Shown here: piece after piece, positions 58,086-64,000 of the stretch
Layout: the number at the start of each line of letters is the position of its first letter
Position numbering within the stretch: the first letter of the stretch is position 1
Assembly: GCA_963842835.1 (NCBI GenBank)
Contig: CAWJIB010000014.1
Location: 22,665 to 86,664, forward strand
DNA: 64,000 nucleotides
From: an uncultured Alphaproteobacteria bacterium
GTDB taxonomy: Bacteria > Pseudomonadota > Alphaproteobacteria > Rhizobiales > Beijerinckiaceae
Direction: 5' to 3'
Made by a program: the position numbers and the translations under genes
The notes under the pieces: model-generated
Seen by the model: only the letters and a program-made list of their open reading frames with translations
What the model was told of the DNA's origin: nothing
Databases searched by the model: none

Positions 58086-59300
58086 ATGTCCTTACCCCCG
58101 CCCCCCGCCAGCCGGCGCGAGATTCCCATTGCGACCGCCGCGATCATTCCCATGGCCGCGGCGCTTTTCGCGGTGCTGCCTTATTCGACCGACGTCTATC
58201 TAACCGTCATGGTCGATCTCGGGCGCGAATTCGGCGTCGCGGTCGCCGGGGCGCAACGCACGATGCTCGCGTTCACGCTCGGCTTCGGGCTTGCGCATCT
58301 CGTCATCGGCGAATTCGCCGACCGCTTCGGGCGGCGGCCGACCGCGATCGTCGGAATAGGCCTCTACTGCGCGGCCTCCATCGTGGCGGCGGCGGCGCCG
58401 AGCCTCGATGTCCTCGTCGCCGCGCGCTTCTTGCAGGGAATGGCCGCCGCGAGCGGGCCGATCCTGTCGCGCACGCTGATCCGGGACGCCGTCGCGCCCG
58501 ATCACGCCGGGCGGGCGCTCGCCAAGATCGGGGCCTACGGCGCCATCGCGCCGTTGACGGCGCCGCTGATCGGCACGCTCGCCGCTTCGCTCGGCGGTTG
58601 GCGCGCCGCGGTCGCCTTTCTCGCGCTCTACGGCGCCCTGCTCGCGCTGGCGCTGTGGCGGCTCCTGCCCGAGACGCGTCCTCGCGAGATCCGCCATGGC
58701 GCCAGGATCCCGATCCGCCGCGCGCTGGCGAGGCTGCTGCGCCATCGCGCCTTCCTCGCCGGCGCCGCGGCGCTCGCCTGCGGCTACGGCATGCTGCTCA
58801 CCTGGCTCAGCACCTCGGCGTTCCTGTTGATCGGCGCGCTCGGCATGAGCAAACTGGAGGCGTCGGCGATCTATGTCCTCGGCTCGGCCGGCTATCTCGT
58901 GGGCTCGCTGATCGGCATGCGGCTGGCGCGCGGCTTTTCGCCGATCGGGATTCTGCGCGCGGCGAGCCTGCTGTTGCTGCTGGGCGCCGCGGCGCCGACC
59001 TTCGCGCTGGCGGAAGGCTATCGCCATTGGGCGGTCATCCTTGCCTGCGTGCTGCCGTTCTATGTCGGTTGGGGCCTCGCCCAGCCGATGGCGATCGCCA
59101 TCGCGATGCGGCCGTTTGCCGACATGGCGGGGCAAGCTTCGGCTTGGCTCGGCCTTGCGCAACAGCTCGGCGGGATCGCGCTTTCGCTGCTGGCCGCCGC
59201 ATACGGCGGCGGCATGGCGACGCCGCTCGTCATGGGCGTCGGCGCGCTCGGCTTCGCGGCCTGCGCATTCGCGCCGCAAAGGGCGGCGGCGCGCGCTTGA
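58086..59300 (+). CDS. MFS transporter (Bcr/CflA-type drug resistance family)
   Basis: 404 aa with about 12 hydrophobic segments. MFS motif A-like GEFADRFGRRP. Confidence 0.75.
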   Translation: MSLPPPPASRREIPIATAAIIPMAAALFAVLPYSTDVYLTVMVDLGREFGVAVAGAQRTMLAFTLGFGLAHLVIGEFADRFGRRPTAIVGIGLYCAASIVAAAAPSLDVLVAARFLQGMAAASGPILSRTLIRDAVAPDHAGRALAKIGAYGAIAPLTAPLIGTLAASLGGWRAAVAFLALYGALLALALWRLLPETRPREIRHGARIPIRRALARLLRHRAFLAGAAALACGYGMLLTWLSTSAFLLIGALGMSKLEASAIYVLGSAGYLVGSLIGMRLARGFSPIGILRAASLLLLLGAAAPTFALAEGYRHWAVILACVLPFYVGWGLAQPMAIAIAMRPFADMAGQASAWLGLAQQLGGIALSLLAAAYGGGMATPLVMGVGALGFAACAFAPQRAAARA

Positions 59301-59420
59301 ATCGGAGCGCCCGTCGCAATTGCGTAAACTTGCCGCCACAATCGCGTGCTATTCTTCACAATAAATATATTTTAATCACTTTTGACCTAACGAACTTGGT
59401 ATTTCTTTCGAGCGACAGGG

Positions 59421-59434
59421 TTGACGCGCATCAA
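59421..59434. promoter_or_regulatory. FNR/FixK box upstream of the BON-domain gene
   Basis: TTGACGCGCATCAA, a TTGA-N6-TCAA match. It sits in an AT-rich spacer about 260 nt upstream of the ATG at 59689. Confidence 0.45.
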
Positions 59435-59688
59435 CACGCAAGAGCGGGCTAGCATTAAGATTTTTTAATTTGGTTCCGGTCGCGGAACGGCGGAGCGACG
59501 ACTATAGGAGGAACGAAGACATTCGCGGCTCATCCGAGAGCCAGAGGGACGGGGACGGGTTCAGCAGCGTCATAGCGAGTCGGGCGGCCCGATTCGAGAG
59601 TCAGGCTTCTCTAGCGATCGGCGTTGGCCCCGCGGCCGTGCCCTGCGGCAAGGGATGGCGCGTATGCTGAACAAAGGAGGAGGCCATA

Positions 59689-60264
59689 ATGGACCGAACC
59701 TTAGAGCAAGCTGTGCTCAGCGCGCTCTACATGGAGCCTTTGATCAACGCTGACCGCATCCTCGTGACGGCGCGCGATGGCGTTGTGACCTTGACCGGCG
59801 AAGTCAATAGCCACGCGCAGAAGTCGGCGGCCCGAAACAAAGCCCGATGCGTGCACGGCGTAGAGCAAGTCGTCGATGAACTCGAAGTTCGCGCTCGCGC
59901 GCAACCTGGGCAAGCGTTCGACGACGTCGCCACGAGCGTTCTCAACGCCCTCTATTGGGATCTGGCCGTGCCGCCCGATCGGGTGTGCGCCAAATGCGAG
60001 AAGGGCTGGGTCACGCTGACCGGCGAAGTCGACCGAGCCTACCAAAGGAGCTCCGCGGAGGCGGACGTGCGCAAGATCCGCGGCGTCGTCGGCGTGACCA
60101 ACGAGATCAAGGTCGCTACGAGCGGCGCCGCGAAGATCGACGCGACGCGTCGCGGCGACGACCAGGCCCATCGCGGCGAAGCGATCATTCTGGCCGAGAC
60201 GATGGGGGCGATCGTCGACGATCGCAAGAAAGCAAACGGCCGACGGGAGGCGCCGCTCTCGTGA
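59689..60264 (+). CDS. BON domain protein (OsmY-like, two BON domains)
   Basis: 191 aa with a strong RBS (AAAGGAGGAGG). Two repeats of the V(T/E)xxDGVVTLTGEV...A pattern. Confidence 0.8.
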   Translation: MDRTLEQAVLSALYMEPLINADRILVTARDGVVTLTGEVNSHAQKSAARNKARCVHGVEQVVDELEVRARAQPGQAFDDVATSVLNALYWDLAVPPDRVCAKCEKGWVTLTGEVDRAYQRSSAEADVRKIRGVVGVTNEIKVATSGAAKIDATRRGDDQAHRGEAIILAETMGAIVDDRKKANGRREAPLS

Positions 60265-60362
60265 GCGCGGGAAGCGCGCTGCGGGCCCTTTTCCCTCGTC
60301 CCCGGCGGAAATGTTCGCCGGGAGCGTTCGTTGGTCTCGATCCGGAAGAGAAGGCATAGCCG

Positions 60363-61856
60363 ATGGACGGGGCGGCGCTCGTCAACGCCTGCGGGAGGCG
60401 TCTCGAAAGGGAGCGGCCGCCCGCGCAAGCGGATTTGCTCGCGGCGTCAAGCCGACGGATTCTCTTCGCGACGCCCGAGATGTCCGACTTCGTCAAGGTC
60501 GGCGGATTGGGCCTGGTGTCGGCGGCCCTGCCGCGAGCGTTGAAGGGCTTCGCCGATGCGCGGGTCCTCATCCCCGGCTATCGCGAAGTCATCGAGGGAC
60601 GATCCTCGCTCGAATGGGTCGGGCAATTGCCGGGGCTGGCGGACATTCCGCCCTGCGGATTGGCGCGATGCGTCGCAAGCGACGGGCTGGTCGTCTACGT
60701 TCTGATGTGCCCGGAGCTTTTTCTGCGCGCGGGAACTCCGTATGCGGACTGCCAGGGAACGCAGTGGGCCGACGGCGATTTGCGGTTCGCGCGTCTCTCG
60801 CTCGCCGCCGCCCAAATGGCAGGGGGGCTCGGCGACCCCACATGGACGCCCGACGTGCTGCATCTCAACGATTGGCCGACCGCGCTGGCGGCGGGCTATC
60901 TCCAATGGCTCGGCATTCGAGCGTCCTCAGTCATGACGATTCACAATCTGGCCTTTCATGGGCTGTTCCCGCCCGAGAGGCTCGGCCGGCTCGGCATCCC
61001 CGAGGGCGCGTTCGCCCAGAACGGGGTCGAGTTCCACGGCAAGCTTTCCTATCTGAAGGCGGGAATCTACTACGCCTCTCACGTCACCACGGTCAGCGAG
61101 ACCTACGCGCAGGAGATCACCCGATCTGAAACCGGCTGCGGGCTTCACGGCCTGCTGGCGGGTCGCGCGCGAGAGGGAAAACTCACGGGCATCCTCAACG
61201 GAATCGAAGATGATTGGGGTATTGCGGGGGGCGGCGCCGGCGAGGATCCGATCGACCCCGACGCGTGGAAGGAAGCGAACGCCGACGCCGTGCGCAATTC
61301 CTTTGGACTGGCCGTCAGCAAGGGCCCGCTTTTTGCGATCATCTCTCGGCTCGTCCATCAGAAGGGCGTCGACCTTTCGATCGAGGCGGCCGACGAAATT
61401 ATTTCTGCCGGCGGGCAGATCGTCGCGACCGGGAGGGGCGAAAAACGTTTCGAAGACGCGATCATGGACCTGCGGCGGCGACATCCCGGCGCGGTCGGCG
61501 CGCATATCGGCTTCGACGACCATGAGGCGCGGCGGTTATTCGCCGGCAGCGATTTTCTTCTCATGCCGTCGCGGTTCGAGCCCTGCGGCCTCAGCCAAAT
61601 GTATGCGCAAAAGAGCGGCTCGTTGCCGATCGCCCATCGGACCGGGGGATTGGCCGACACGATCGAGGACGGCGTGACCGGATTTCTCTTCAACGCGAGC
61701 AGCCGGGACGCGCTGTGCAGCGCCGTGCGACGCGCCACGGCGGCGTTCGCCACGCGAGGCCGCATCAACGCGATGCGGCGGCTGGCGATGTCGCGGGACT
61801 TCGCTTGGGCGGGCCCGGCCGGCCGGTATGGCGCGCTTTATCAATCGCTGGCGTGA
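60363..61856 (+). CDS. glgA: Glycogen synthase (ADP-glucose type)
   Basis: 497 aa. N-terminal ILFATPEMSDFVKVGGLG motif and C-terminal SRFEPCGLSQMYA motif. Confidence 0.92.
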   Translation: MDGAALVNACGRRLERERPPAQADLLAASSRRILFATPEMSDFVKVGGLGLVSAALPRALKGFADARVLIPGYREVIEGRSSLEWVGQLPGLADIPPCGLARCVASDGLVVYVLMCPELFLRAGTPYADCQGTQWADGDLRFARLSLAAAQMAGGLGDPTWTPDVLHLNDWPTALAAGYLQWLGIRASSVMTIHNLAFHGLFPPERLGRLGIPEGAFAQNGVEFHGKLSYLKAGIYYASHVTTVSETYAQEITRSETGCGLHGLLAGRAREGKLTGILNGIEDDWGIAGGGAGEDPIDPDAWKEANADAVRNSFGLAVSKGPLFAIISRLVHQKGVDLSIEAADEIISAGGQIVATGRGEKRFEDAIMDLRRRHPGAVGAHIGFDDHEARRLFAGSDFLLMPSRFEPCGLSQMYAQKSGSLPIAHRTGGLADTIEDGVTGFLFNASSRDALCSAVRRATAAFATRGRINAMRRLAMSRDFAWAGPAGRYGALYQSLA

Positions 61857-61936
61857 GCGGGCCGGCGGCGCTTTTCTCGCCATTGTCCAACGCGCGCCTC
61901 GACAGCGGGCCCCGAATCCTGCCACTTGTCGGCGTC

Positions 61937-63334
61937 ATGGCTAAGCCGCGCTCCTCTTATGTCTGCCAAAATTGCGGCGCTATCACGCAGCGCTGGCAGG
62001 GCAAGTGCAAGTCCTGCGGCGAATGGAACACCATCATCGAGGAGGCGGCGGCGCTGGGCATCGGGGCGGCGGCGGCGCGGCGCGGCGGCGCCGGGCGGCC
62101 CTTCCCGCTGGAGGACCTTTCCGGCGCCTCCAAGCCGCAGCCGCGCATCGTCACCGGCGTCGGCGAGCTCGACCGCGTCGCCGGCGGCGGCTTCGTGGCG
62201 GGTTCGGCGACCTTGATCGGCGGCGAGCCGGGCATCGGCAAGTCGACGCTGCTGATTCAGGCCTGCGCCGCGCTGGCGCGGCGTGGCGGGCGCGTGGTCT
62301 ATGTCTCGGGCGAGGAATCGACCGAGCAGGTGCGCCTTCGCGCCTCGCGGCTCGGCCTCGCCGACGCCCCGGTGCAATTGGCGGCGCAGACCCTCGTCGA
62401 GGACATCGTCGCCACCCTCGGCTCCGGCGACGCGCCCAAATTCGTGATTATCGATTCGATCCAGACGATGTGGAGCGATTCGATCGAGTCCGCGCCGGGC
62501 ACGGTGAGCCAGGTGCGCGGCTCGGCGCAGGCGCTCATCCGCTTCGCCAAGACCCGCGGCGCCGCGCTGATCCTCGTCGGCCATGTCACCAAGGACGGGC
62601 AGATCGCCGGCCCGCGCGTGGTCGAGCACATGGTCGACGCGGTGCTGTCCTTCGAGGGGGAAGGCGCCCACGCGTTCCGCCTGCTGCGCGCCTCCAAGAA
62701 CCGCTTCGGCGCCACCGACGAGGTCGGCGTGTTCGAAATGACGGGGGGCGGCCTCGCCGAGGTCGCCAACCCTTCGGCGCTGTTCCTGGCCGGGCGCGAC
62801 GGCGCGGCGCCGGGCGCGGCGGTGTTCGCCGGCGTCGAGGGCGCGCGGCCGGTGCTGGTGGAAATTCAGGCGCTCGTGGCGCCCTCGACGCTCGGCACTC
62901 CGCGTCGGGCGGTGGTCGGCTGGGAGCCGAGCCGCCTGGCGATGATCCTGGCGGTGCTGGAGGCCCATGGCGGCCTGAAGCTCGGCCAACACGACGTTTA
63001 TCTCAACGTCGCGGGCGGCCTCAGGATCGCCGAGCCGGCCGCCGATCTGGCGGCGGCGGCGGCGCTGATCTCCTCGCTCGTCGGCGTCAGCCTGCCGCAC
63101 GACGCCGTCTATTTCGGCGAGATCGCCCTTTCCGGCGCAGTGCGCGCGGTCGGCCACAGCGCGCTGCGCCTTAAAGAAGCCGCCAAGCTCGGCTTCACCC
63201 GAGCGGTCGCGCCCGCGTCCCGCAAGGACGGCGAAGGCGCGCGCCTGGCGACGACGCCGATCGCCTCGGTCGCCAGTCTGGTGGCGGAGATCGCGGCGGC
63301 GGGCGTAGCGACAAAGACCGCGAAGGCGAGGTGA
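61937..63334 (+). CDS. radA: DNA repair protein RadA
   Basis: 465 aa from MAKPRSSYVCQNCG (zinc finger CxxC...CxxC). Walker A GEPGIGKST, KNRFG motif and a Lon-like C-terminal domain. Confidence 0.95.
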   Translation: MAKPRSSYVCQNCGAITQRWQGKCKSCGEWNTIIEEAAALGIGAAAARRGGAGRPFPLEDLSGASKPQPRIVTGVGELDRVAGGGFVAGSATLIGGEPGIGKSTLLIQACAALARRGGRVVYVSGEESTEQVRLRASRLGLADAPVQLAAQTLVEDIVATLGSGDAPKFVIIDSIQTMWSDSIESAPGTVSQVRGSAQALIRFAKTRGAALILVGHVTKDGQIAGPRVVEHMVDAVLSFEGEGAHAFRLLRASKNRFGATDEVGVFEMTGGGLAEVANPSALFLAGRDGAAPGAAVFAGVEGARPVLVEIQALVAPSTLGTPRRAVVGWEPSRLAMILAVLEAHGGLKLGQHDVYLNVAGGLRIAEPAADLAAAAALISSLVGVSLPHDAVYFGEIALSGAVRAVGHSALRLKEAAKLGFTRAVAPASRKDGEGARLATTPIASVASLVAEIAAAGVATKTAKAR

Positions 63335-63432
63335 CGAAGCCGAGCGGCTTGGCTATAAGGCCGGGCGACGATGCGATGGGCGGCCGTCGGGCAAGGCCCA
63401 ATTTTTCCCGCGCGGGTGCGAGGCTCGGTGCA

Positions 63433-64000
63433 ATGCCTTCTTATTTGGATCTTGGAATTCTCGGCATCATTCTCATCTCGGCGTTGCTGTCGATGATGCG
63501 AGGCTTCACCCGCGAGGTTCTCGCCATCGGCTCGTGGGCCGCGGCGGCGGCGGCGGCCTATTATTTCTATCCCGTCGTCATGCCCTACGCCACGCCCTAT
63601 ATTCACAAGGAAATCGTCGCGCAGGCCGTTTCGGCGGCGGCGGTGTTTTTCGTGACGCTGATCGTCGTGTCCCTGTTCACGGTTCGCCTGTCCGACGCCA
63701 TTCTCGACAGCAAGATCGGCGCGCTCGACCGCTCGCTCGGATTCCTGTTCGGCGCGGCGCGCGGCTTCCTGCTCGGGGTCGTCGCCTTCTCCATCTTCAA
63801 TTGGCTGGTGGCGGAAAAACAGCAGCCGGAATGGGTGAAGACCGCGAAGACGCGGCCGGCGCTGATCGACACGGCCAACCGCGTGATCGCGATGTTGCCC
63901 GACGACGCCGCCGCCACCATCGAGGGCTGGATCAAATCGAAGAACGCGGGCGTCGCCGCCGAGGAGCCGCCGGACGAAGGGAGCGCTGCAGCCGCCAACC
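63433..64000 (+). CDS. cvpA: CvpA family membrane protein (colicin V production protein), 3' end outside window
   Basis: The open frame starts MPSYLDLGILGIILISALLSMMRGFTREVLAIGSWAAAAAAAYYFYP and has 4 TM-like segments. No stop occurs before the window end. radA-cvpA adjacency is common. Confidence 0.8.
   Translation, partial: MPSYLDLGILGIILISALLSMMRGFTREVLAIGSWAAAAAAAYYFYPVVMPYATPYIHKEIVAQAVSAAAVFFVTLIVVSLFTVRLSDAILDSKIGALDRSLGFLFGAARGFLLGVVAFSIFNWLVAEKQQPEWVKTAKTRPALIDTANRVIAMLPDDAAATIEGWIKSKNAGVAAEEPPDEGSAAAAN

Overview
High-GC chromosomal segment that looks alphaproteobacterial, probably Hyphomicrobiales-like. This placement is inferred from gene content and synteny only. Most of the window is core genome. 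In order it holds tRNA-Val, hupB-lon-clpX-clpP-tig, tRNA-Leu and a Tat-exported multicopper-oxidase-fold protein. Then come nnr, tRNA-Asn, an acyl-CoA synthetase, ftsK, amtB-glnK and tesB. Next are an orphan flp/tadE/tadE/tadG pilus-accessory cluster, lolA-like, xthA, a penicillin-acylase-family gene, two tandem 2OG-Fe(II) oxygenases, an aldo/keto reductase and ilvD. A parDE toxin-antitoxin pair follows. The complete microoxic cbb3 oxidase cluster (ccoNOQP + ccoGHIS) sits next to usp and fixK and carries FNR/FixK boxes. After it come a hybrid histidine kinase and a convergent LuxR-type response regulator. A cobalamin-riboswitch-controlled btuB-btuF-btuC-btuD operon is next. The window ends with a fatty-acid-CoA ligase, an amino-acid-type ABC binding protein, an MFS exporter, a BON-domain gene, glgA, radA and partial cvpA. 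The best candidate for something new is a compositionally foreign ~2.4 kb islet directly 3' of tRNA-Asn. It carries two convergent genes, an AbiJ-NTD4/HEPN-like protein and a DUF3800 protein, with no integrase. Other unexplained structures are a 447-bp nested inverted-repeat element in the tad cluster, a perfect 3 x 17 bp tandem repeat at the btuB/btuF junction, and a 4 x 15 bp in-frame repeat in a Tat signal peptide. All family calls rest on motifs read by eye and on recall. No searches were run. Many long ORFs in the track are antisense or out-of-frame artefacts of the high GC content and were discarded.
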